Part shown: piece after piece, positions 43,491 through 53,400 of the stretch
How the letters are laid out: each line of letters begins with the position of its first letter
Numbering within the stretch: position 1 is the stretch's first letter
NCBI GenBank assembly: GCA_015064025.1
Contig: SVSZ01000001.1
Coordinates: 1,705 to 65,704 of the forward strand
Length of the DNA stretch: 64,000 bases
Direction: 5' to 3'
Source: Oscillospiraceae bacterium
GTDB taxonomy: Bacteria; Bacillota; Clostridia; Oscillospirales; CAG-272
Made by a program: the position numbers and the translations under genes
The notes under the pieces: generated by a model
The model's database searches: none
What the model was told of the DNA's origin: nothing
What the model saw: the letters and a program-made list of their open reading frames with translations, nothing else

Positions 43491-45518
43491 TTAAAATCCC
43501 GTTCTGTCGAACTGCTTGTCCAATGCATGATGAGACATTTCGAGCGCCACGGGACGTCCGTGGGGACAGAAGGTGATGTCCGGAAGCTCCATGAGCTTTC
43601 CGATGATCCATTTGATATGCTCGTCGGCATAGGCTCTTCCCGCCTTGAGTGCCGCCTTGCAGGATGCTTGGTAAAGCGCTTTTTCAAAGATGATGTCACG
43701 CGTCAGCTTCACGCTTCCCGTAGCGGTGAGTATCCGCCCTGCCATGGTGCCGAGCATGTCGGCAACAGCGTCGGTCTCAACTCCCTCGGGAATCGCGTCA
43801 ACGGATACGGTGTTGCGCGCGAAGCGCACGGAAAAACCAATATCGGAAAGCTCGGACTCATAGTCCCGCAACGCCTCCACCTCACCGCTCGTCATCATCA
43901 CATCGATCGGAAGCATCAGCATTTGTGAGCAGATCTCGGCGTTCTTAAGTCCTGCCTTGAGGGATTCGAAGATGATCCGCTCGTGCGCCGCGTGCTTATC
44001 GACAAGAAGCATTTTATCCTCGCACTCCACGATCACGTAGGTGTGGAAAACCTCACCGACAATTCGGTACTCGGGACTCACGCGCTCCTCCTTTGAAGAA
44101 GGTAAAGGCTCCTCGTGTACAACGTGCGCAGGCTCGACAGCAGATTCCGGCGTGGGAACGGGGGTGCTTTCGTCACAAGTCACCCGCTTAGGCTCACCGC
44201 CCGGCACTTGCACGGGAGCAGCGGGAGTAGCCGCAGGCACGTCGATCGGCGTGTTTGAAGGCTCTGAGGGTTTTGCGTGAAGATCAAAACGCGAGGCTTG
44301 GATCCGATCGGCGCGGGGACGCTCTTCCTTTGCGTAAAGCGAGCGGTATTCCTCCGCAGTCATGCGACCGGACGCTCTTGCTGCGGGCGTCTCCTTGTAG
44401 GAGATCTGACGTGCGGCAAGGGATTCCCCTGCCCCTTCCCTTACGGGAAGAGCGCTATCCGACACTCGTCCCGCAAAAGGGGAGATCTTGGTTTTCTTTT
44501 GAAAGCTCAATTCCACGTTGGGACGCGTCGCGTTGCTCTCAAGAGCGGTTCGAACGGTGTAATAGATCGCCTCGAACACCGCTTTTTCGTTGGAAAACTT
44601 GACCTCCAGCTTGGCGGGATGAACGTTCACGTCCACACGTGAAGGATTGATCTTGATATACAGCACACAGCAAGGGAACTTTTCGGGAGGCATATAAGAG
44701 GTATACGCCTGCTCAAGAGCCGCCATAGCAGTCTTGCTTTTGACAAAGCGTCCGTTGATGAAAAAGTTCTGATAGTTGCGGTTTGCCTTGAAATTGTCGC
44801 TCCGTCCGATAAAGCCGGAAACCGAGATCCCGTCGCTCTCTGCATTGACGGTAATAAGGCGCGAGGCAAAATCACGCCCAAAAATTGCGTAAACGGTATT
44901 GTGAAGATTGCCGTCTCCCGCTGTCTCCAGCTTCATGTTGCCGTCAATAATGAGACGGAAAGCGATGTGAGGATTGGAGAGTGCAACCTTTTCTACGTTC
45001 GCAGTCACCGCCATCGCCTCCGTCACGTCCTTTTTGAGGAACTTGCGACGTGCAGGCACGTTGGCGAACAGATTCTCAATGATGACAGAGGTACCCGTAG
45101 AGCACCCTTGTTCCGTGACACCGACAATCTCACCGCCGTGCGCCTCAAGTACAGCGCCGAACTGTGCGTCGGCGGTTTTGGAGATGATACGCAGATCGGA
45201 TACCGACGCGATGGCGGCAAGCGCCTCTCCGCGAAAGCCCAATGTCATGATCCCGTCGAGGTCTTCGGCATTTTTGATCTTGCTGGTCGCATGGCGTCGG
45301 ATCGCCACGGGAAGATCCTCGGGGCTCATACCGCAGCCGTTATCCGTGACACGCATAAAGGTCACGCCGCCGTTTTGTATTTCGACCGTGATACGGTCGG
45401 CACCTGCGTCAATGGCGTTCTCCATCAGCTCCTTGATCACAGATGCGGGGCGGTCTACCACCTCGCCTGCCGCGATCAGATTTGCAACGGCGAACGGAAG
45501 CACATTGATCCTTCCCAT
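43491..45518 (-). CDS. mutL: DNA mismatch repair protein MutL
   Basis: VANLIAAGEVVDRPASVIKELMENAIDAG, GFRGEAL. Confidence 0.93.
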   Translation of the reverse strand: MGRINVLPFAVANLIAAGEVVDRPASVIKELMENAIDAGADRITVEIQNGGVTFMRVTDNGCGMSPEDLPVAIRRHATSKIKNAEDLDGIMTLGFRGEALAAIASVSDLRIISKTADAQFGAVLEAHGGEIVGVTEQGCSTGTSVIIENLFANVPARRKFLKKDVTEAMAVTANVEKVALSNPHIAFRLIIDGNMKLETAGDGNLHNTVYAIFGRDFASRLITVNAESDGISVSGFIGRSDNFKANRNYQNFFINGRFVKSKTAMAALEQAYTSYMPPEKFPCCVLYIKINPSRVDVNVHPAKLEVKFSNEKAVFEAIYYTVRTALESNATRPNVELSFQKKTKISPFAGRVSDSALPVREGAGESLAARQISYKETPAARASGRMTAEEYRSLYAKEERPRADRIQASRFDLHAKPSEPSNTPIDVPAATPAAPVQVPGGEPKRVTCDESTPVPTPESAVEPAHVVHEEPLPSSKEERVSPEYRIVGEVFHTYVIVECEDKMLLVDKHAAHERIIFESLKAGLKNAEICSQMLMLPIDVMMTSGEVEALRDYESELSDIGFSVRFARNTVSVDAIPEGVETDAVADMLGTMAGRILTATGSVKLTRDIIFEKALYQASCKAALKAGRAYADEHIKWIIGKLMELPDITFCPHGRPVALEMSHHALDKQFDRTGF

Positions 45519-45550
45519 GAAAACGTATTCTCCTTTCCGTAAAGCTCTTT

Positions 45551-48154
45551 TTAAAGTCTTTTCTTCAGATCAAACAAAAACGACATGCATTCAAAGGGAG
45601 AAAGGGTGTTCAGATCCACTGCCTTCAATTCAGCGATGATCTGCTCACGGATGCAATCGTCAAAGGAGATGAGGCTGTCGTCGCGCACCTCTTCCTTTTT
45701 CTTTCCCTTCGCCCCCGTGTCACTCTCTGCAACAGCGCGGGAGGTCGCCTCGACGGAGGCGAGAATTTCCTTGGCACGCTTTACGACCTCCGCAGGAAGC
45801 CCTGCCAACTTTGCGACCTCGATGCCGTAGCTGTCATCGGTAGAGCCGCGCACGATTTTACGAAGGAAGGTGACGCTGTCCCCTCTCTTCTTGGCGGCAA
45901 CGTTGTAGTTGACGATTCCTTCAAATTCCTCCTCCATCACCGTCAATTCGTGGTAATGAGTCGCAAAAAGAGTTTTGGCACCGATCTTCTTGCTGTTTGT
46001 ATATTCCACAATGGCACGCGCGATGCTCATGCCGTCAAAGGTGGAGGTTCCCCTTCCCACCTCGTCGTAAATGATGAGACTCTTGCGTGTCGCGTTCTTT
46101 AAGATGTAAGAGACCTCGTTCATCTCCAGCATAAAGGTAGACTGTCCCGATGCCAAGTCATCGGAAGCACCCACACGGGTAAAAACGCGGTCAACCAGCC
46201 CCAGCGTCGCCTCGCGCGCGGGAACAAAGGAACCGATCTGTGCCATGACCGTGATCAGAGCTACCTGGCGCATATAGGTGGATTTACCTGCCATGTTGGG
46301 TCCTGTGATCAGCATGAGCCTGTTCTTGTCGGTATCCAGATAGGCGTCGTTGGGAACGAAATACGTATCCTTGACAAACTGCTCCACCACGGGGTGTCTG
46401 CCGTCCTTGATATCGATCACATCGTCCTGCGTGATCTCGGGACGAACGTATTTGTTTTTGGATGCAACGGTGGCAAGAGAGAGGTATACGTCAAGCTCCG
46501 CCAGAAGCGCCGCTGTGTTCTGAATGCGAACACTTTCGGCAGATACGCGGTTGCGGACGTCCTGGAAAAGCTCGTATTCCAAAGCACAGATGCGATCAGC
46601 AGCCCCCAGAATGACGGATTCCATTTCCTTGAGCTCCTCTGTGATATAGCGCTCCCCGCCTGCCAACGTTTGCTTGCGGATATAGTGCGCGGGCACCTGA
46701 TCCATAAAGGATTTTGAGACCTCAATGTAATAGCCGAAAACCTTATTATAGCCTACGTGAAGCGTGCGGATCCCCGTTTTGTTGCGTTCCTCCTCGGCAA
46801 TCCGCTCAAGCCAACCCTTGCCGTCCTTCATAACGGAACGAAGCTTGTCAACGTCCTCGTTGTATCCGTCGGCAATGATGCCCCCCTCACGAAGAGAAAA
46901 GGGCGGCTCCTCGCAGATCGCGCTCGTGATCGTTGCGCAAAGATCCTCAAGGGTGTCCAGCTCGTGACAGATGCGCACAAGGCGTGCGCTTTGACACTTG
47001 GTAAGAAGAAGCTTGACCTCGGGAAGCACTGCGGCGGTTGCCGCGACAGCGCGCAGATCCTTACCGTTGGCACTTCCGTAAACGATGCGCGTCGTCAGTC
47101 TTTCCAGATCCAATACGTGAGAGAGCGCTTCTGCCAGCTCCTCACGAAGCATGAAATTGCCGAAAAGCTCTTCAACAGCCCCTTGGCGGCGCACGATGAC
47201 ACCCTGATTCATCAAGGGGTGCTCCACCCATTTGCGAAGCATACGGGCACCTGCGGCGGTCCTTGTTTTATCAAGAACCCAAAGCAACGTGCCGCGCTTG
47301 TCCTTGGAACGCATCGACTCGGTCAATTCAAGATTGCGGCGTGTGTTCAGATCCATATCCAGATATTGCCCGTCCGTATAGATGTTCAGTGAGCGAATAT
47401 AGGAAATGTCTCTTTTCTGCGTATCCTCAATATAGGAAAGGATCGCGCCCACCGCGCACATCAGAGCACGGGCGTTCAAATGCTCCTCGCGCACCCCCTC
47501 ACCAAACTGCGCAGCTACGCGTTCGATGCTCTTTACGGGATCAAAGCGCGCGGTCTCGCCGTCTGTGATCAGAATGTGCTTGTTAGAACTAAGATATTCT
47601 CCGATCTCCCCCATGTTTGCGCGGTTGAGATTGCAGATGATCTCACGCGGTGCGTAAGTGCCGATCTCGGTTTTCAGTCTCTGCGTCATGTTCTCGCCCG
47701 AGAGCACCGTGGCGTGCACCTCTGCCGTGGAGGCATCCGCAAAGCAAACGGCGCATTCGCGCTCGCACATATAAAGGGAGCAGAGGTAGTTGTTCATCTG
47801 CTCGCTCAACAGATCCGATTCAATGAGCGTTCCCGGAGTGACCACACGGATGACCTCTCGCTTGACCAGTCCCTTGGCAAGTGCGGGGTCCTCCACCTGT
47901 TCACAAATGGCGACCTTGTAGCCCTTCTCGATCAGCTTTCCGATATAGCTCTCCGACGAATGGAAGGGGACGCCGCACATGGGAGCACGCTCGGCTTCTC
48001 CGCAATCTCTTCCCGTCAGCGTCAGCTCCAGCTCACGCGAGGCAAGAATGGCGTCGTCAAAGAACATCTCGTAAAAATCACCGAGACGGTAAAAAAGGAG
48101 ATAATCCTTGTATTCATTTTTGATCTGGAAATATTGCTCCATCATCGGAGTCAT
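45551..48154 (-). CDS. mutS: DNA mismatch repair protein MutS
   Basis: TPMMEQYF.IK, FYRLGDFYEMFF, Walker A GPNMAGKSTYMRQ, TFMLEM. Confidence 0.95.
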   Translation of the reverse strand: MTPMMEQYFQIKNEYKDYLLFYRLGDFYEMFFDDAILASRELELTLTGRDCGEAERAPMCGVPFHSSESYIGKLIEKGYKVAICEQVEDPALAKGLVKREVIRVVTPGTLIESDLLSEQMNNYLCSLYMCERECAVCFADASTAEVHATVLSGENMTQRLKTEIGTYAPREIICNLNRANMGEIGEYLSSNKHILITDGETARFDPVKSIERVAAQFGEGVREEHLNARALMCAVGAILSYIEDTQKRDISYIRSLNIYTDGQYLDMDLNTRRNLELTESMRSKDKRGTLLWVLDKTRTAAGARMLRKWVEHPLMNQGVIVRRQGAVEELFGNFMLREELAEALSHVLDLERLTTRIVYGSANGKDLRAVAATAAVLPEVKLLLTKCQSARLVRICHELDTLEDLCATITSAICEEPPFSLREGGIIADGYNEDVDKLRSVMKDGKGWLERIAEEERNKTGIRTLHVGYNKVFGYYIEVSKSFMDQVPAHYIRKQTLAGGERYITEELKEMESVILGAADRICALEYELFQDVRNRVSAESVRIQNTAALLAELDVYLSLATVASKNKYVRPEITQDDVIDIKDGRHPVVEQFVKDTYFVPNDAYLDTDKNRLMLITGPNMAGKSTYMRQVALITVMAQIGSFVPAREATLGLVDRVFTRVGASDDLASGQSTFMLEMNEVSYILKNATRKSLIIYDEVGRGTSTFDGMSIARAIVEYTNSKKIGAKTLFATHYHELTVMEEEFEGIVNYNVAAKKRGDSVTFLRKIVRGSTDDSYGIEVAKLAGLPAEVVKRAKEILASVEATSRAVAESDTGAKGKKKEEVRDDSLISFDDCIREQIIAELKAVDLNTLSPFECMSFLFDLKKRL

Positions 48155-48189
48155 AGTCGGTACGCTCCTTTTTCGTTTTTATCGGGAGA

Positions 48190-48576
48190 TCAGTGGCAGC
48201 CTCCGCAGGTACTGCAATTGTGTGTGCAGCCGGAGGGCTCTTCCCCCGTGATCTGCGTCATGATGGTCTGATTGACCTTGTTCATCAGCTCGTTCACGAC
48301 CTCCTGCGTGCGGTTGAGCTCTGCAAACAGAGGATGCTCCGAAATCAGCGTGTAAAGCTCGTCAATACGGCGCTGAATGCTCTCGATCAGCTGCATATCA
48401 CGCTCCGGCTGTGTGACAGCCTTCTGCATTGCGATCTGCTGTACGTCATATTCGGTGAGATAGGTCTTAAGCTCCGTGCAGGCTTCATATGCGTTCTTTG
48501 CCTCCTCAAGAGCGACAAGACGCGCGTCCTCCTTCAGCTTCTTTCCAAGCTCGCTTGCAAGTTCAAAAATTTCCAT
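48190..48576 (-). CDS. YlbF/YmcA-family protein with C-terminal Cys cluster
   Basis: Helical N-terminal body typical of YlbF-like regulators. The tail is EEPSGCTHNCSTCGGCH. Confidence 0.7.
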   Translation of the reverse strand: MEIFELASELGKKLKEDARLVALEEAKNAYEACTELKTYLTEYDVQQIAMQKAVTQPERDMQLIESIQRRIDELYTLISEHPLFAELNRTQEVVNELMNKVNQTIMTQITGEEPSGCTHNCSTCGGCH

Positions 48577-48600
48577 GGTAATATCCTCAACTTTCTTATA

Positions 48601-50022
48601 TCACTGTATTTTTTTGCCGTACAGGGCGAACGCATCCGCCCGATCGGCTACAAAATTGACAAATTTACCCGTGTCCTCGGGCACACCTTCAAAAAAGGCG
48701 ATCTTATTCCCCTCCGTACGTGCGGAATAAAGGTTTGCGTTCTTCTTGCTCTCACCGTCGCAAAGCACACGCATGGGCTTTCCGAGAAGCGCTTGATTCT
48801 TCTCCAGTCCGATGGCATTCTGAACGGTAAGCAAACGCTCGAAACGCGCGCTCTTGACGTCCGCGGGCACCTGCTCCATTTCAGCCGCGGGTGTCCCCTT
48901 TCTCGGTGAATAGATAAAGGAATAAAGCATATCAAAGCGGACGCGCTCAAGGATAGAAATCGTCCCCTCAAAGTCCTCCTCGGTCTCCCCCGGAAATCCC
49001 ACAATAATGTCGGAGGTCAGCGTGACGTCGGGCATTTTCTCGCGCATATAGTCTACAATGTCAAGATAACGCGCTACGTCGTAGCGACGGTTCATAAGGC
49101 CGAGAATTCGGTCACTTCCCGATTGCACAGGCAGATGGAACTGATGCGCGATATGGCGTGATGACGCCATCACGTCGATCAGCTTGCGGCTTGCGTCCTT
49201 CGGGTGGCTTGTCATGAAGCGAAGAAGGAAATCGCCTTCAATGGCATCAAGCTCCGAAAGCAGATCCGCAAAGTCGTAACCAAACGCCGCATCCTTTGCG
49301 TAGGAATTGACGTTTTGTCCGAGAAGCGTGATATCACGGTATCCACGCAAAACAAGCTCACGCACCTCCTTGACGATCTCTTCCTTTTCGCGGCTGCGCT
49401 CCCGTCCGCGCACGTAAGGCACGATGCAATAGGAGCAGAAGTTATTACAGCCGTACATCACCGAGACCCATGCACGGTAGTCACTCTCGCGGTAAATGGG
49501 CTGCTCCTCGGCAACAAGATACTCTGTTTCCTCGGGGCAATAGAGTCTCTTTCCTGTGGCAAGCTTCTCAACAAGCAGCTCGGGAAAGCGGTGCAGTGAC
49601 GCGGTGCCAAAGATAAAATCCACGTAGGGATAGCGGAATTTGATATCGTTTCTGCGGTGCTCCTGCGCCACCATACAGCCCGCAACACAAATCACAAGAG
49701 AGGGCTTTTTTGCCTTGAGATGCTTGTACTGCCCTACGATGGAAAGCGCCTTTTGCTCGGCATGCTCGCGGATCGCGCAGGTGTTGACAACGATCAGATC
49801 GGCATCCTCGGGCGCGCCTGTCAGCTCATATCCCATCGCAATGGAAAGTCCCGAAAGCTTTTCGCTGTCCGCCTCGTTTTGCTGGCATCCAAAGGTCAGA
49901 ACGTATGCACGGCGACGAACACCCGATTCCGCAAAAAAGCGGTCGTTTTCCGCTCTCATGCGCGCAATGTATTCCCGTTGCCGAACCAACTCCGAAGCGG
50001 GGAGAATATTGCTTTTTTTCAT
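48601..50022 (-). CDS. miaB: tRNA (i6A37) methylthiotransferase
   Basis: Start ATG 50022 after GGGGGAAG. FGCQQNEADSE, radical-SAM GCNNFCSYCIVPYVRG, and a TRAM-like C-terminus. Confidence 0.92.
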   Translation of the reverse strand: MKKSNILPASELVRQREYIARMRAENDRFFAESGVRRRAYVLTFGCQQNEADSEKLSGLSIAMGYELTGAPEDADLIVVNTCAIREHAEQKALSIVGQYKHLKAKKPSLVICVAGCMVAQEHRRNDIKFRYPYVDFIFGTASLHRFPELLVEKLATGKRLYCPEETEYLVAEEQPIYRESDYRAWVSVMYGCNNFCSYCIVPYVRGRERSREKEEIVKEVRELVLRGYRDITLLGQNVNSYAKDAAFGYDFADLLSELDAIEGDFLLRFMTSHPKDASRKLIDVMASSRHIAHQFHLPVQSGSDRILGLMNRRYDVARYLDIVDYMREKMPDVTLTSDIIVGFPGETEEDFEGTISILERVRFDMLYSFIYSPRKGTPAAEMEQVPADVKSARFERLLTVQNAIGLEKNQALLGKPMRVLCDGESKKNANLYSARTEGNKIAFFEGVPEDTGKFVNFVADRADAFALYGKKIQ

Positions 50023-50167
50023 TTTCTTCCCCCTGTCAAAACAATAATATCTCATCTTATTATTATACACGAAGAGACAAAAAAAGTCAAGTGAAAAAAG
50101 CAAGTTTTCCCCCGGCTTACCGCTTTTATTGTGCTTTCACCGTTTCTTCTGCGGGCTCCCCGGTGCC

Positions 50168-50290
50168 TGTCGCGCCTTCCCCTCTCCGTCACGGATTCGC
50201 CTCCCCCCAAAGTGCGCGTGCACGAAGGGAGAGGCAAGGCTCCCCCTTTGGGGGAGCTGGCGAGCGAATGCGAGACTGAGAGGGCTTGCA
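50168..50290. repeat. GC-rich intergenic repeat, locus A (long imperfect hairpin)
   Basis: Arms CCCTCTCCGTCACGGATTCGCCTCCCCCCAAAG (50180-50212) and CTCCCCCTTTGGGGGAGC...GAGACTGAGAGGG (50241-50284). The 12-mer CCCTCTCCGTCA also occurs at 55119 and, reverse-complemented, at 63891. Confidence 0.8.
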
Positions 50291-50366
50291 TCTTAACCAT
50301 CAGTGCCTGTGGCAAACGTTATGCTCCCGTGAAAAACCACATTGCGAAATCGGTATTGGTTTCTTC

Positions 50367-50400
50367 AAAAAAGGAACCGCAAACAAACGTTTGCGGTTCC
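50367..50400 (-). terminator. Terminator of the 1,423-aa gene
   Basis: GGAACCGCAAAC / GTTTGCGGTTCC, followed by a T-run on the minus strand. Confidence 0.85.
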
Positions 50401-50445
50401 GAAAAAGCGTTATGCTGTTTTCATTTTAGATAAGTATCTGCGAGA

Positions 50446-53400
50446 TTACGCAAAGGTGATGTTCGCAGAAGCGTAACCGGCGATCACTTCATCCGAAGAA
50501 TTGACCACCCATATCTGGATCAATACCTCGGTCCCTGCTGTGAGCTCAACAGTCAAGGGATTCCTACGTTTAGCAACACCGCTTGCAAGCTCAAGACCGG
50601 TTGCCTTATCCGTAACAACGATCTTAATATTCGCACTGCTCGTAATCGGTGTCGTACGATCAAACGTCAAGGTTCCGTCGGCTGTTGCCGTATACTTAAA
50701 GTAATAGCCGTCCGTTGTAATGGGAGCACTCTGGGCACCTATTGCCACCTTTGTAGCGGTTGCACTCAGGGAAGCAATTTCTTCGGGGTTCGCCGCAGAG
50801 CCGAGTTTAATGTCGGCACTGAGAGAGATCGTACCGCTCACACCGCGGTTCACGACGAAGATCACAGGACCTGTACCCTCTTCTACGGGAGGAATCGGCT
50901 TTGTCGCCGTTGCATTCGGGTACAAGGATGTCTTGTTGTCGGGAGCTGTTGCAAGATAGTAAACAACCTCTGCATTGGTCTCTCCGTCAACCAACGTAAG
51001 TCCGCTTACGTCAACCGTAATTTCCTTACCTGTAAGCCCCAGAGAATAATACTTACCGGGATCTACTGTCCAGGAGGTTACCGTAGCATCAAGCACGATC
51101 GGATTGTATACCGTACCGGCTTCGGGAGTAAAGCCTGCAGTGAAGGTAATGTCAGCCGCTGCACGGTCACCCGTGAGCTCGTCTGCAATCACAATCACTT
51201 GAATCTTAACGGTCTCACTTGCTGCGACCGTCACGTTGAGAGCCCCTTCGGTCACGTCGCTGAGCTTGAAGGTGCCTGTAGCTGTCGTTACAATGATATC
51301 GGCAACAACACCGTCGGTGATGGTAGCAATATCAAAGGACGCGGTTCCGGGAACGTCGCTGTAAGGATTCTTCCAGGTGTAGTAGTAACCGTCCGCATCG
51401 TTCGCTTCAAGACTAAGGTCGATAGAAGCAACCTCATTCTTTACGCTCGGGATGCTTACAGGCTTATTCACAGAACCTACGGGATAATCGAAGGTATAAG
51501 TATATTCGCTTCCGTCTCCCACGATCTTAAAGCTCACCGACTCTTCGTCCGCCAAGAGGAAGGATATTCTGCCATCTGTATCGTTATAAGTAGTTCCGTT
51601 GTAGATTACAGAGAAGCCCGTGGGACCTGTGAAGGTCGCCTCGTTCTTATAAGCATTCGTGCTTTCAACGTAAAGTGCACTGTAATCTATCTGGAAGGAC
51701 ACGGTACCACTGACCGCCAGCACGTCGGAAAGCTTGCTGAGAGAGGCAGTAAAGGCAGTGGATAGCACAAGATCCGCCTCTGCGGGATAGGTATCGTCGG
51801 ATCCGGGATTGACAACAACGTGTACCGTGTATTCTGCGTTCTTTATTGCCTTGAAGCTAAGGACACCGTCCACTCCGTTTGCGCTCATCTTCTTATAGGG
51901 GGTAGTTCCCATCATTACGATAAGGTCGGTTTCTACATCTGCCGCCTCGCAAGTGAGCATAAATTCTACCGTACCCGTTGCACTGGGAACGAAGTCGAAG
52001 TAATATCCATCTTTGATATAGGTTCCGAGGTGAAGCTCCGTCTCACCAAAGGCAAGCGTATCATGTCTTGCGGCAGAGCCCAGAGGGTCGTTCACGTTGA
52101 TATTGTAAACACCGCATCCCTCGATCGCAAAGGTGATTGCATCGGTTTGATCGGTGCTAAGCTCGATCGTTGCAATTCCCTTTGCCTCAGCATCGGGATC
52201 GTCGTTGGGAATCAACGTGTCGGTGATCTCACCGTCGTTGTAGAGAAGCTTGAAGCCCGCAGGACCTGTAACGGTGATGACCTCACCCGGGAAAGCACCT
52301 TGATAATAAAGGGTCCCGTTTACAACAGCGGTGGTGTTGTTCTTGACGATGGTGATGGGATTGTTCTTGTTTCCGAGATCCGCATCTACGGTCACGTTAC
52401 CTGTAAATCCGCCGAGGATCGTCAACTGAGGATTCGTAAATGCATCGGAGCCTGCCGTGTTTGCGATCAGCTTTGCGGAAAGTCCGCGAATGTTCGCAAC
52501 AGCAAAGTTTCCGGAGTAAAGGGTTACCGTCTTTTCCCCGACCTTCAAGGTCATATAAGCGATCGCCGCAAAATCACGGTCAAGATTTTCGGGCTTGATA
52601 TCAATGATCGAAGCGGTCATATAGGTCTTGGAGGTATCCTCTTCGTCGATCTCGAAGCCTGCCGCTCCCTCGAAATCCTTTACGTATTTGACGTCAAGGT
52701 AATTCACGTCCTTGTCAAGGGTATCAAGGTTTTCCTTATTGAAGGAGCCTGCGGTCAATACGTAATCATAAGGAGCGATGAGCGTTCCGCGGTCAACGAT
52801 CGTGGCGCCAAGGGTCTCGGTGATCTCCTCAAGACGAGCCGTGTTGACTTCGGTTGCGAAACGCAAGCCGTTGGGAGTTTCGAAACGAACGGTGGTCTCA
52901 CCCAAGGTGTTGATAACGTCGTTGTACGCATCCAGCTCCGCTTCCTTCGTAAGATAGGAAAGGTGTTCGCCTTCCCCGTCCACGTAATTTGCGGGATCTG
53001 CCACTTCGACCTTGACGTTGTCGATACAAATGCCGCCCTTCAATTCACTTTCAAGGCTATTGGTTCTTTGAATCTTCGCAACGTTCCAATAGGAGCCCGC
53101 ATCCTTACCGATGGTAAGGTTGCCATGTCCGACCGTTCTCTCTGCCACGTAGGTGTCGTTAAGATAGATCTGATAGACACCCGTTTCAAGATTCAGAACA
53201 AGCTTGAGATTGTTCCACTGACCGATCTTCATGTAGGTCTCGGTAGCACCGATGGCAACCTGACCGTCGTTGTCGGACATCTTACCCGTTGCGATGTCGA
53301 CCTTGAAGATCTGCATCCAAGACTTTCTCTCGTTCTTATCCTCTGCAGTGCTTGCCGCATTGTAGCTGTAGAACGACTCAAACTGGGACTCTACAATTCC

